A stretch of 63,355 bases of DNA, counting the filler, from Octopus bimaculoides (lineage: Eukaryota): the NCBI RefSeq assembly GCF_001194135.2. It is 8 parts of 8 records of this genome, joined end to end, with 100 filler letters (N's around TTAATTAATTAA, not from the genome) between each part and the next. Parts side by side here need not be neighbours in the genome. Positions count along the whole stretch, not along the records: positions 30,617 to 39,617 come from NC_068981.1; positions 39,718 to 53,528 come from NC_069005.1; 6 more parts are not named here. One strand, given 5' to 3'. The position numbers and the translations under genes are program-made. Each line of letters begins with the position of its first letter. Positions within the stretch are counted from its first letter, which is position 1. Below the pieces are notes generated by a model. The model was not told the origin of the DNA and did not search any database. It saw only the letters and a program-made list of their open reading frames with translations. Of the stretch, positions 35,274 through 47,877 are shown one piece after another.

Positions 35274-36167
35274 GTTGTCCGGAAAGTTCGTGCCGATTTA
35301 TAGTAGCTTACCTTTCGACTTATCTTAGAACATGGTTGAGTCCATAAAATAGGATTTGACTACACTTCCATTTAGAGAACAGTTAATAATAGATTAGACC
35401 TAAGGGTATCATGTGTACATAGCGTCACCCATACATTTAAATATTTTAAAAATTAGAGTTTATAAGTGCTGCACTTGAACCTACACAGGCAAAATTAATT
35501 TTAGTGTTGTATATGATGTGAACTTACCCGCTAGTATTACATATAATAAGTTATGATTTCTTATTATTGTGTTTTCTTATTTTGATAGCTTTACCTATTA
35601 AGCTCTTATCTCTTATAAGCTATTAATGTTCTTAAAGAAAAATATAAACTTTCTAGTTACTTAAGTCTTGAAGATTATAACATACCTAATAACAAAGTAC
35701 AAATATTTGTGTATATTTGCATGTGTGTACATAGTTAGATATGTGTATGTATCTGTGCACAACTTATTTTTCTGATTTTTTTCTGATTCTTAGCTTATAA
35801 CTAATATAAAGATAGCATGATTTATCACCCCCAGTATTGCATAAGTAAATACCCAGAGCAATCTTTATAGAAAACCACCTTATAAGTAAATAATTAAGTA
35901 CTGGTATGAATATTAAACTAATTCTATGTAATCTTCCCTTTCTAATGTTGAAAATTGGTATATATACACAGTTTATCTATTCTAGTTATAATATCTTTTT
36001 AGTAATCTTAAATGTTATCTTCATGCAACATAACAATATTGTTTCTCCCTCTTCTTGCTCTATTAGAGAATTTGAGTAAAATTATATTAATGTGTCCAAC
36101 TGATTAAAAAATTGATGTAATGATTGCATTGTTCAATTAAATGGAGTCACTTGAAACGGTCGTACTG
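34620..36167. mobile_element. 1.55-kb element bounded by about 130-160-bp inverted repeats (probable non-autonomous DNA transposon)
   Basis: 34631-34680 and 34718-34780 are reverse complements of 36108-36157 and 36041-36110. Ends are CAG...CTG. No clear TSD. Confidence 0.5.
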
Positions 36168-36554
36168 CATCACCTTGTAACAAGAGGTAAATTAAGAGTT
36201 GGGCTTTACCAGTTTGGGAAGTATATTTAGATGTGTGCGCATAAGAAGGTTTGAAATGTATAAATGCATGTTTTACATAAAGGTAACAATAAAAATCAGA
36301 AGGTAATGCTTTTGGTTAACAAACATAATTTATTCTTTGCACACACATGAAGTAGCGGGCACAACAGAGATAAGCGTACAAGACAATAGGGTGTAGGAGG
36401 CATGAGTTAATTCCTTAATACACATCAAAGTAGTTAGTTCCAGTACTTGGCAGCAAATCTAAAACATCCAATAAGTTTTGAAGTGGTAGTGAGGCGAGGT
36501 TGAAATCCCATAGCGTGTCGAGCTAGACGAGCCACGAGCTCGTCGATAGTTTAG

Positions 36555-36680
36555 TGTCTACATCTGAATGGGATAAAGCGAAGCAGCGATGAAAGGGAAC
36601 CAGATGTTAACATTCCAACATTTAGACAGCGACTGGATAAAACGTTTTTAAAAAGCACACGCTATTACCCTGGGCAAAAG
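36555..36680 (+). mobile_element. pogo/Tigger transposase HTH (CENP-B type) relic
   Basis: Frameshifted DKAKQ..EPDVNIPTFR.SDWIKRF*KAHAIT (cf. EKAKxLAxxLxxxxFKASxGWLxRFKKRHxI). Confidence 0.4.
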
Positions 36681-36798
36681 TCGTCATGTGTCTTCCTCTG
36701 CTGTTAGCTTTTAAAGAGCGGTGGAATGCGCTGGGCAAAGTAATTCGCCTGCTCTGCTAATGCTACAACCTCTTGATATCCTGTTGCTTATTTTGATT

Positions 36799-36859
<61 letters not shown>

Positions 36860-37049
36860 TAGTCAAAGCAAATAAAAAAACAATATAATTAACAATAACA
36901 AACAAGAGGATGTGCACAAAAAATATATTAGCTTGACACTCAATAAAAAGAGAGAGTTTTTGACATCTCAAGCATATCTCTCTGTTGGAAAGGAAAATGG
37001 TAAAAGTGTAAAGAAGGGGGGAAAAATCACCAACAGCATGTGTGTAGTT

Positions 37050-37270
37050 ACATTGCTGAAGTCGCCGGTGACAGTTGTAAAATGATTGTCACTACCATAC
37101 AAGCAGTGATATTCATTTCCAATATTCTGCAAGAACATATCTGACTACGAAGAAATATTACCTTGCTTGGAAACAGGTGAGTTTAGGAGACAAAATGTAG
37201 AAAATTTGCCTTAAATAATTTCTGTCTCACCCATGCAAGCATGGAAAAGTGGAAGGTAAATGATAGTGAC
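37050..37270 (+). mobile_element. Degenerate SINE with RTE-like 3' tail
   Basis: Ends CCCATGCAAGCATGGAAAAGTGGAAGGTAAATGAT, resembling the tail seen inverted at 30465-30516. Confidence 0.45.
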
Positions 37271-37318
37271 AATATATATGTATGCATCTATACATATGCA
37301 TGCGCGCATACGCATACG

Positions 37319-37372
<54 letters not shown>

Positions 37373-38054
37373 AAGCTTTCCTCCCTTTATTGAAATTCAG
37401 ATATTTCAGTAACTTATTTCTGTCTTTTTAATATCTTTTAAAACTACTCCCAGCTTCTTTCACAGAGAAATACCAGAAGCTTTTGTCTCCACAATATGTA
37501 AAATTATGTTCTTAAAAATGAATACTGAACACTAAAAATATATATGTCATGTGGGAAATTTCTGTATAGCCTTGGTTTAGGTGATAAAATAAAAAAAAAT
37601 ATATATATATATAAAAAATAAATAAAGACTTATATGTACACTAGAAAAGCTTACATAGAAATTCTTTTTAATAATTACTTTAGAATGTGCTACAAATTAT
37701 CAATAAATCTACAACAGAAAAAAATATGCAAATTCAAAATATTTAATGGTGGTACAAAGGCTGAGCAAAAGAACTAAACAATTCATGCCATTTATTCATG
37801 TTTGTGTGTGTGTGCGCGCACATTTGTTATTTGTGTGTGTGTGTGTGTGTTTAGGTTGGTTGGTAGGTAGGTAGGTATACATTCTCTGCCATTGAAAACT
37901 TTGCACCAAATTAGCATTAAAATACCAATCAGGAAGATAATAAACATATTCACATGCACATACATGCACACACACATAAAAATGACGATGATTATATTGA
38001 ATTTACACATAAGGCCAACAATTCTAGTAGAGTGGGGGAGGTAAGTCAAATATA

Positions 38055-38157
38055 TGGAAACGTCCCTCCCCCACAACTTGACTGGTACTTTATTTTATCA
38101 ACCCTGGAGGTGAGGAAAGGCAAAGATGACTCCAGCAGAATTTGAGCACAGAACATA
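38055..38157 (-). mobile_element. Degenerate tRNA-SINE fragment
   Basis: CTGGTACTTTATTTTATCAACCC...AAAGGCAAAGATGACTCCAGCAGAATTTGAGC is homologous to 20035-20100. Confidence 0.55.
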
Positions 38158-38759
38158 AACACAAATATGCTAGTTGCTGTTTCAACTTATTGTGTTTTGT
38201 CAGCCAGAAGTATTCAGACCTTTGAGCTTAAACACTAGTATCGCAGAATCCCTTGTACCAATGAGCCCAGTGTATTATGAACATACTGTTGTCATAAAAG
38301 GGAGACGTTGTTTTCCTGTGACTAGCATATGATTAAATCTGCCAAAAGATATTAAGAATAAATATGCAAAGCATCATTTCAGATCTCACTGTACGTAGAG
38401 CAAATAACAATTTTTATTGGTTGGCAAATCAGAAAACAGTTTATTGGTTGGCTGATCAGAAAACAGTTTGTTCACTGAAATTATAAGCAAAGTCTGTTGC
38501 TTGTTTAAGTTCACAGGCCCATGTACTTCTGGCTGACAAGACACATGTTGAAACACCAGTGTCCCAGAATCCCATGAACAAATGAATTGAGTGTGTTATG
38601 AATACACTATCAATGTAAAAAGGGAGAAGTTGTTCTCCTGTGACATACACAACAGCTACTAGCATATATGCATTTCGATCAGCTGGAACATATTAAAAAT
38701 AAATATGCAAATCTTTATTGTTAGAGATAGCTGTTTTATTCTCATAATAAAGCAAACTG

Positions 38760-39060
38760 ATTTCCCATTTCAATTTCCTGACAAGATAAGCTTTGCCATG
38801 ACCATCAACAAATCTCAAAAGCAAACACTAAAAGTTGTTAGAATCTGGTGGGTTTTATCTTTTGCATAATCAGTTTTATATCGGTACATCAAGAATTAGG
38901 AACCCAGGTTGTCTTTTCGTCATAGGGCACAAAGTAAAACCAAGAATATTGTTTATCTTAGAGCTTTGGAATGAACAAGTAGCTAAGCAGAATTTCACTA
39001 TAATTCTGACGGCAATGACAATACACAGAAACATAGTGTTTACTGTATACTGAAATTTCT
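38760..39060 (+). mobile_element. Helitron PIF1-like helicase C-terminal relic
   Basis: ISFAMTINKSQKQTLKVV (cf. FAMTINKSQGQTL), then LHNQFYIGTSRIRNPGCLFV (cf. FSHGQLYVACSRV) and RNIVF. Confidence 0.75.
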
Positions 39061-39578
39061 ACATTACTGCAATACCTAGGTATTGCAAGGTAGGTCTGCA
39101 TCTATGTGTGCATATGTGCATGCATGCACATGAGTATGAGTGTGTGTGTGCGCATGTGTATGAATGTATATAATTGCATGTAAATTGATAACACATTATG
39201 AATTGAATTTCCAGTAAATTCTGCCAGAAATCAATGCAATAGTTTGAAACATATCTGATTCAAAGAAATTGTTAGAGATAAATCAATAACAGGCAACACT
39301 TAAGCTGTGATTATATATACATATGTATATACATTTACAAACACACACACACACACGCATTAATGAAGTTGTATTAGCAAAACAAAATATAACTGTTAGT
39401 AGCAAGGCAGTTGTTTCTTATCAAGAATTTGTTGTAAGAAAATAGAAAGAAATAAAGACATTTTGATGTCCTTACTTGGTTTCAATTTCTCTTTTTTAAA
39501 TATTCATTTTATCATTTTATCTGACGTAATATATACATATATATATATATATATATATGTATACACATATATATACAC

Positions 39579-39617
<39 letters not shown>

Positions 39618-40194
39618 NNNNNNNNNNNNNNNNNNNNNNNNNNNNNNNNNNNNNNNNNNNNTTAATTAATTAANNNNNNNNNNNNNNNNNNNNNNNNNNN
39701 NNNNNNNNNNNNNNNNNACTTATCTATATTGTGTTATCTAATGTAATATTAGTTTTTAAACCCTCACTTCAAGGTAACCTTGAGCCATTGTTCTAACCAA
39801 AATCTCATATCAATTCCTCAAGTAAACATACTTGACTCAATCAGAGAATTATCAATATATACATACATATATGTGTATATATATATAAATAAATAAGCGT
39901 CCGATGGGACAGCATAGGTATATTTAAATTTATATATGATTTGACAGTTATGAGTGGTATACAATGGAAATATTGAAAATATATTATGGTGTATATTAAA
40001 AAGAAATTGTTTTTAAAAATTCCTAGAATAAGAAATACAAGTAGTTGGTATAATTATATATAAGCTACTTAAAATTCAAATGACAAAAGAATTTTAGGTT
40101 TTGAGGGAGTAATTATTAGGTTAATCTAATGAGGAAAAAGATTTATTATTAGTTAAAAAGCATATATAAATTTAAATATTGCTTCTTACACCAC

Positions 40195-40572
40195 ACCTCA
40201 TTCTCCCTATATATGTTACAATTTCTCCTTCTTCCCAGTATTGCTTACCATTTTTAGACATTCTTACATATACCTTATCACTGATTCTAAAGAATTTTGG
40301 CAGGTCTTTACTAGCACATATTTTTTTCTTCACTGGTAACAGTTTATTGAATACTGACTTCATCTTTCTGGCAAACATTAATTCTGCTGGTGAACTTCCT
40401 TCTAGCACATTTGGGTTCGGCGTTACCCTGTATACCCTTAACAATTTTTGGATCGCGACCTCGTCCGTGGCTTCCTTATTAGCTTTCTTTAAGCTCTCTT
40501 AAAAGTGCCCATGAACCATTCGGTCCTTCCATTCGATCTAGGATGATATGGTGCTATAGTTTCATGTTCTAA
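40195..40572 (-). mobile_element. Gypsy integrase C-terminal fragment
   Basis: Minus translation APYHPRSNGRTE ... FKRALKK ... LRVYRVTPNPNVLEGSSPAELMFARKMKSVFNKL. Confidence 0.85.
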
Positions 40573-40615
40573 CGTGTGTATGTATGTATGTATGTATGTA
40601 TGTATGTATGTATGT

Positions 40616-40822
40616 ATTTGTGTTTATGTTTGTCCCCCGCCCCACCGTCGGTTGACAATCGATGTTGGTGTCTTTACGCCCCTGTAACTTAGCGGTTCGG
40701 CAAAAGAGACCGATAGAATAAGTACTGGGCTTACAAAGAATAAGTCCTGGGGTCGATTTGTTCGACTAAAGGTGGTGCTCCAGCCTGACTGCAGTTGAAT
40801 GACTGAAACAAATAAAAGAATA
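40616..40822 (+). mobile_element. SINE 3' part (second abundant family)
   Basis: Ends GTCGATTTGTTCGACTAAAGGTGGTGCTCCAGCCTGACTGCAGTTGAATGACTGAAACAAATAAAAGA. The same tail is inverted at 55183-55249. Confidence 0.7.
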
Positions 40823-41018
40823 TATATGACTTGTATATATTATTAATTATAATAAATTTTCTATTATTACATAATAATTTTAATTCATATAAAAAAGTAT
40901 AATATAAAAATAAATAGGTATTTAATTATCTTATCCGTTATCTTCATTCTTTAGTTATCTAGCATAGCCATCAACCATTGTATATATTATTAATTATAAC
41001 TTTTCAATTATTATATAA

Positions 41019-41889
41019 CTAGCTGACATACCCGGTAATTCCCAGGAAAGCGGGGTTTATCACTTGGTTCAGTTCTCATAATTGTTTCGCTAATCCAATA
41101 ACGGTTTCTGTGCATTTACAGAGAATACTGAACTGTGTTACACAGTTTTTAGGAATTCCCAATAAGTTATGAATACCCAAATTGTGAAGTCAGTTACGTA
41201 ATAACATAAAATTAGTTACCCGATAATAAGAATTCAAATAAAGTAGTCCCGAAAAGGGCTTTAATGCGTTCCCAGAGTATATAGATCTTAGGAGGAAATA
41301 CTAATAATAAGGTATGTATACGAAAATCGTGAAGCATTTTACGTAATAACAGGCTAATCAGATATGAGATAATCACAATTCAAAGTAAATAATTCTGAAA
41401 AGAGCTTTTGTGCGTTCCCAGAGAATATTACCCTCAGCGGCGCTAGTGTTGGTATATTCGTGAATGAGTCACCACCCGAAATAAGTAAATCTATTGTTTA
41501 GGAAAATACTGTTTACTTGTTTAAGGGTTGTACTGGATAAATTGCGAAAATAACTCTAACAATTCAAATACTAAGAAATAAGCATACTCAATTTGATTTA
41601 TACCAAATAATTTAGGCAAATGAATCGATTATTTCTCTTGGCTATACATAAGGATCCCTTTCAGGGGCGAATGGGTTATTTCCCTTGGATGATAAGATAA
41701 AATATATTAGTTATATATAAGGATCTCTTCCAGGGACCCTATTATCGATTTTTTTCACCAATCTGAGTATGCCATGAGGTTTCTATTCATGTGTCAAGTT
41801 TCATCAAAATCGATAAAACGATGTAGGAGGAATTAGCTAACAACTCCACAAACACACCCACAGACAGAATTTCCCACATATGTAGTAGA
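41019..41889 (-). mobile_element. Complete non-autonomous Helitron (871 bp)
   Basis: Minus strand A|TCTACTACATAT...CCTGGGAATTACCGGGTATGTCAGCTAG|T: TC start, GC hairpin, CTAG end, A|T target. Confidence 0.85.
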
Positions 41890-42251
41890 TAAGGTTAATT
41901 CCTATATAAGAGTTTATTATAAATAATAAATAGATATTTGGTTGCCTTTTCTGTAATTTTTATTTTTTAATTATCCAGTGAGATCCTCAGTGGTTGTACA
42001 TGTTGCTGAATATAATAATTCTTCAGTTATTATAAAATAAGGTTAATTCCTATAGAATGGTTTAATATATTAAATAAATAAATAGGTATTTAATTATACT
42101 GTTGTATTGACATACATTTTCGTACATATTAATAATTTTAATAATACTATGTATATGCGGGCGCGCGTGTGTGTGTATGTATGAATATATATACATGCAT
42201 GCACGTATGTGCTAATGCAATTGAAGCAATTGTTGAATTTTTAAGGTGTCA

Positions 42252-42281
42252 TCTATATATATAAAAATGAGAATGTGTGTC

Positions 42282-42326
<45 letters not shown>

Positions 42327-44708
42327 TTCCCTAAAACTCGAGAACTACACAACCAATTTCATTCAAATTTTACACGTGCCTTACTTAGGGTCCCGGTTGT
42401 GTTTTAGTCAAAAAAAATGTTTAACTTCTTGCATAGTTCGAGCCCACAGCAACATAATATTTCCTCCACTATTTAAGTATTACGTGTCAAAAGTGAAACA
42501 AAAACACCCATGTCAAATACTTTCACNNNNNNNNNNNNNNNNNNNNNNNNNNNNNNNNNNNNNNNNNNNNNNNNNNNNNNNNNNNNNNNNNNNNNNNNNN
42601 NNNNNNNNNNNNNNNNNNNNNNNNNNNNNNNNNNNNNNNNNNNNNNNNNNNNNNNNNNNNNNNNNNNNNNNNNNNNNNNNNNNNNNNNNNNNNNNNNNNN
42701 NNNNNNNNNNNNNNNNNNNNNNNNNNNNNNNNNNNNNNNNNNNNNNNNNNNNNNNNNNNNNNNNNNNNNNNNNNNNNNNNNNNNNNNNNNNNNNNNNNNN
42801 NNNNNNNNNNNNNNNNNNNNNNNNNNNNNNNNNNNNNNNNNNNNNNNNNNNNNNNNNNNNNNNNNNNNNNNNNNNNNNNNNNNNNNNNNNNNNNNNNNNN
42901 NNNNNNNNNNNNNNNNNNNNNNNNNNNNNNNNNNNNNNNNNNNNNNNNNNNNNNNNNNNNNNNNNNNNNNNNNNNNNNNNNNNNNNNNNNNNNNNNNNNN
43001 NNNNNNNNNNNNNNNNNNNNNNNNNNNNNNNNNNNNNNNNNNNNNNNNNNNNNNNNNNNNNNNNNNNNNNNNNNNNNNNNNNNNNNNNNNNNNNNNNNNN
43101 NNNNNNNNNNNNNNNNNNNNNNNNNNNNNNNNNNNNNNNNNNNNNNNNNNNNNNNNNNNNNNNNNNNNNNNNNNNNNNNNNNNNNNNNNNNNNNNNNNNN
43201 NNNNNNNNNNNNNNNNNNNNNNNNNNNNNNNNNNNNNNNNNNNNNNNNNNNNNNNNNNNNNNNNNNNNNNNNNNNNNNNNNNNNNNNNNNNNNNNNNNNN
43301 NNNNNNNNNNNNNNNNNNNNNNNNNNNNNNNNNNNNNNNNNNNNNNNNNNNNNNNNNNNNNNNNNNNNNNNNNNNNNNNNNNNNNNNNNNNNNNNNNNNN
43401 NNNNNNNNNNNNNNNNNNNNNNNNNNNNNNNNNNNNNNNNNNNNNNNNNNNNNNNNNNNNNNNNNNNNNNNNNNNNNNNNNNNNNNNNNNNNNNNNNNNN
43501 NNNNNNNNNNNNNNNNNNNNNCAATTGGGTCATACCGTTCCAATTGCTACAGATCCGTAATGCATCTTACAGCTATACCTGTCACCTGTATGGTGAGGAA
43601 TCCTACATTGGGGAGTAGTAACGACTAGGCTAGGGCAGCTTACTGATTATCGTGATCATTCGTCTTTTGGTTTCCTGTAGCTTTGCTCTCTTTTACAAAC
43701 CCAGTGAACATACATATATTTCCTATTTCAAAGAAATTCAAACAATACATATTACACCCAAGTTAAAAACATTCCCAACAATTCAACTTCTCTACTTGAC
43801 ATTAACACACCCACCCCCAATAGGGGCCTTAACTTCAACATTTTTCAGCTCCAAGAGCTCCATTCTTCATGAGCAAAATCCTTTTTACAGGATCCATAAC
43901 ACTAGAATTTTCGAATATGAGAATAAATATCAGATATATAAAGATGAGAATATGTGTCTGTGTGAATCCATAAAACTCGAAAACTACACAACCAATGTCA
44001 TTTGAAATTAACACATGCCTTACTTAGGGTCCATGTAGTGTCTAAGGCCAAGACAATTTTTAACTTCTTGCATAGTTCGAGCCCACACCAATATCATATC
44101 TCCTCCACTATTTCAGTATTATGTGTCAAAAGTGAAACAATAATATCTCTCTACTATAATGTCAGATACTTTTACTTTCACACTGAAACTATTCCACTAT
44201 TTCAGTATTACATTTCAAAAGTGAAACAATAACATGTCGCTACTGTAATTTCAAATACTTTCACTTTAATACTTTCAATTTCATACTGAAACTATTAAAG
44301 TGAAACTATACTCTCACATATATACAGGTATACTATAAGACCAAAGTTAAAAACATTCCCCGCAATTCAACTTCTCTGGTTGACATTAACACACCCACCC
44401 CCAATAGGGGCCTTCATTCCCATATTTTAGAGCTCCATGAGCTCCATGAGCTCCATTTTTCAGGAGCAAATTCCTTTTTACAGGTTCCAGAAGACTGAAA
44501 TTTTGGAATATGTGCATAAAGATTAATAGTATGAGATACATGTCTCATGATTAGAATTTTTTAGGGTGTGTAAAGAGGGAAAGAACCCACATGTGCAATT
44601 TTGATGAAATTCGAATCATATCTATTCCAGTTCCTTACAGGAAATATAAGAGAAAAGTCTCATCCTTCAATTGCATGTAACACGGGCAACGCCGGGTATC
44701 TCTGCTAG
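42252..44708 (+). mobile_element. Composite non-autonomous Helitron with internal duplications
   Basis: A|TCTATATATATAAAAATGAGAATG start and CACGGGCAACGCCGGGTATCTCTGCTAG|T end. The 5' module recurs at about 43935-44110, and 43745-43930 recurs at 44340-44522. Contains a 1-kb gap. Confidence 0.8.
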
Positions 44709-45226
44709 TCTAAAATAAAGATGATTTTCTTCGTACATATTGATTGTTAAATATATATATATATATGTGTGTGTGTGTATGTGTGTGTGTGTGTGTGTGC
44801 GCGCGCACACACACACATACATACATTCATACATATATACATACATACGCGCCTACACACATACATACACAGACACACACGCACATGCACACACGTATAT
44901 ACACGCACACACACATACATACATATATACATAGATACATACATACATACATACATATATACATACATACATACATACATATATTAATGTTTACTGTTTT
45001 GTTCAGTTATACATAAATCAGGGTTACCTATAGTAGACTATACCTTTGTACCCTATACTTTTGTAGGCTACATTTTTATTATTTTTCAGCAAGAATGTCT
45101 TTGAGAGTGACTGCGAAGTTTCGGTTAGATAAGCCAACGTCGTTTCCTGCCCTGTCAGTATGCTGGGTATGTGTAGCTATTGAAATAAGGGAAGTATAAA
45201 AAGTAGATGTGCGTAGGATGGGAGAC

Positions 45227-45483
45227 TGTTGTAACGTAATCTGTTACGTACAATAAATAAGATAACCAGACGACAGTAAAAACAATGTAACCAGCTGACA
45301 AATCATTTTACGAACAAACAATCAATATTCCTTGTGAACTAACCAACTGACACCTTTCGACTTCACTGCGAACTTACACGAACTTCACTCAACACCGAAC
45401 GACTCACTCAGATCCTTACTATTTATACTTTACTCGGACCAGTCTACCTCTCGCAAGAGGGCATCGTAACTCTCATCGCAACA
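45227..45483 (-). mobile_element. Solo LTR (257 bp)
   Basis: TGTTG...CAACA termini, TATAAATA on the minus strand, 5-bp TSD GAGAC/GAAAC with one mismatch. Confidence 0.75.
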
Positions 45484-46093
45484 GAAACACATCAGAGGGA
45501 GCCTTTTGCTGGTTATGGAGCAAGAGAGATGTGTTAAGCAGATGACAGGAGGAGAAGGTGTACCTGTGATTTGGCCACCACTGCTGACCCACATGCGAGC
45601 GGATGTTACGGGTCAGGGTTGAAACACCCGAGGATCGTTCGATGTTGTCTGATGATATCAATTCCTCCTCAAAGCTACATTCACCAGAGGAACTGAAAAT
45701 GAAGCATCTTTTAGATGTAATGAATATTATATGGAATGCAAAGCCTTAAGCTTCCCAACTGAGTAAACGTTTGTTTCTTTCACCAGTTGGCTCCAATTTG
45801 AATTGTCTATTCAGTTCAGAGTATTGCCGTCAGCTGATCACATTTTAGATGATTCTCACGTGCATGTTATTTTTAGATTTTAAACAGCCCCAGAGGGAGG
45901 TTCTACATGCTAATTGTACTAATAATCTCAGATGATTGAAGTTTTTCAACTCACTTTGTTACGTAAAGAAAAACTTTTCGCATTTGTTTTTAGTATGCAA
46001 AAGCTCGCCCCGAGATATCCCCACCAATATTGTTGATGTTCATAGCGAATTTCACTACATACCCTCACTACAAGCACACGCACATATGTACAT

Positions 46094-46127
<34 letters not shown>

Positions 46128-46128
<1 letters not shown>

Positions 46129-46275
46129 GGGTTTCTTGGTTAAGAAATTCGCAAATTCGCTTCGCATCCACAAGGTCATGGTTTCTATCCTACTGCTTGG
46201 CTTCTTGGACAAGATACATTTTCTTACCTAGGTTCAAACCAAACTCTGTTAGTAAAACTGGGTAGACAGAAATTG
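46128..46275 (+). mobile_element. Degenerate tRNA-derived SINE
   Basis: TGGTTAAGAAATTCGC...GGTCATGGTTTCTATCC head and body similar to the 16.6-kb copy. Confidence 0.45.
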
Positions 46276-46926
46276 TATACGGGTGGATTGTACCTGTAAT
46301 TCATGGGGTGCAGCCTAATGTCATGCTGATAGTGTCTGAGAATTATGTTCAGGGTAAACAAGTCTGAGAAATACCCACTTATATGGTAATCTTATGCCAA
46401 AGTGGTTCAGTTGTTTAAAAAATTTAATCAATATCAAAACTGAAAGAGAACCACACATGTAGAGAAGCTTTTTTAGTCTTGCCAACTAGGTAAAGATATT
46501 ATTCCTTGAAGAGGTTTCATAAAATCGAAACTGCCAGTTAATACCAGATCAATCCCGGTCTCTATTTTCTGTATTATCCATACATATATTTGAATCAACT
46601 TTTCATGGAGTTGCCTCGCTTGCTTCTTTTTAGATTTTTCAACCCCACCGAGAGGGAGATTTCGTTTACTGCTTGCATCAACAATCGCAGTTAATCACAT
46701 TTCTTTTTTAATTCACTACATATGTGAAAGCCTACTTTGGTTTATTTTGCATGCAGAGGGCTCCCCTGAGGTACTTTCTCTCTCTCAAACGTATTGTCAC
46801 CATCATTTACTTCCGACCTTCCGAACACCATCATTTATTTCCAAACTGCTTCTATCTGGAAATTCTCTTGTGTCCCTTTACCGACAAAACTCTTACAGAA
46901 TTCGTCTTCTTATAAAATTTCATCTA

Positions 46927-47038
46927 CTTCCTTCCTTCCTTCCTTCCTTCCTTCCTTCTTTCTTTCTTTCCTTCCTTCCTTCCTTCCTTCCTTCCTTCTT
47001 TTCTTCCTTCCTTCCTTCCTTCCTTCCTTCTTTTCTTC
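46927..47038. repeat. (CTTC)n microsatellite
   Basis: CTTC/CTTT tract running into an N gap. Confidence 0.9.
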
Positions 47039-47818
47039 NNNNNNNNNNNNNNNNNNNNNNNNNNNNNNNNNNNNNNNNNNNNNNNNNNNNNNNNNNNNNN
47101 NNNNNNNNNNNNNNNNNNNNNNNNNNNNNNNNNNNNNNNNNNNNNNNNNNNNNNNNNNNNNNNNNNNNNNNNNNNNNNNNNNNNNNNNNNNNNNNNNNNN
47201 NNNNNNNNNNNNNNNNNNNNNNNNNNNNNNNNNNNNNNNNNNNNNNNNNNNNNNNNNNNNNNNNNNNNNNNNNNNNNNNNNNNNNNNNNNNNNNNNNNNN
47301 NNNNNNNNNNNNNNNNNNNNNNNNNNNNNNNNNNNNNNNNNNNNNNNNNNNNNNNNNNNNNNNNNNNNNNNNNNNNNNNNNNNNNNNNNNNNNNNNNNNN
47401 NNNNNNNNNNNNNNNNNNNNNNNNNNNNNNNNNNNNNNNNNNNNNNNNNNNNNNNNNNNNNNNNNNNNNNNNNNNNNNNNNNNNNNNNNNNNNNNNNNNN
47501 NNNNNNNNNNNNNNNNNNNNNNNNNNNNNNNNNNNNNNNNNNNNNNNNNNNNNNNNNNNNNNNNNNNNNNNNNNNNNNNNNNNNNNNNNNNNNNNNNNNN
47601 NNNNNNNNNNNNNNNNNNNNNNNNNNNNNNNNNNNNNNNNNNNNNNNNNNNNNNNNNNNNNNNNNNNNNNNNNNNNNNNNNNNNNNNNNNNNNNNNNNNN
47701 NNNNNNNNNNNNNNNNNNNNNNNNNNNNNNNNNNNNNNNNNNNNNNNNNNNNNNNNNNNNNNNNNNNNNNNNNNNNNNNNNNNNNNNNNNNNNNNNNNNN
47801 NNNNNNNNNNNNNNNNNN

Positions 47819-47877
<59 letters not shown>

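Noticed and set aside
16553-46275. tRNA genes at A/B-box-like sequences
   Set aside because: No cloverleaf can be folded, and each box pair is followed by a shared SINE body and tail.
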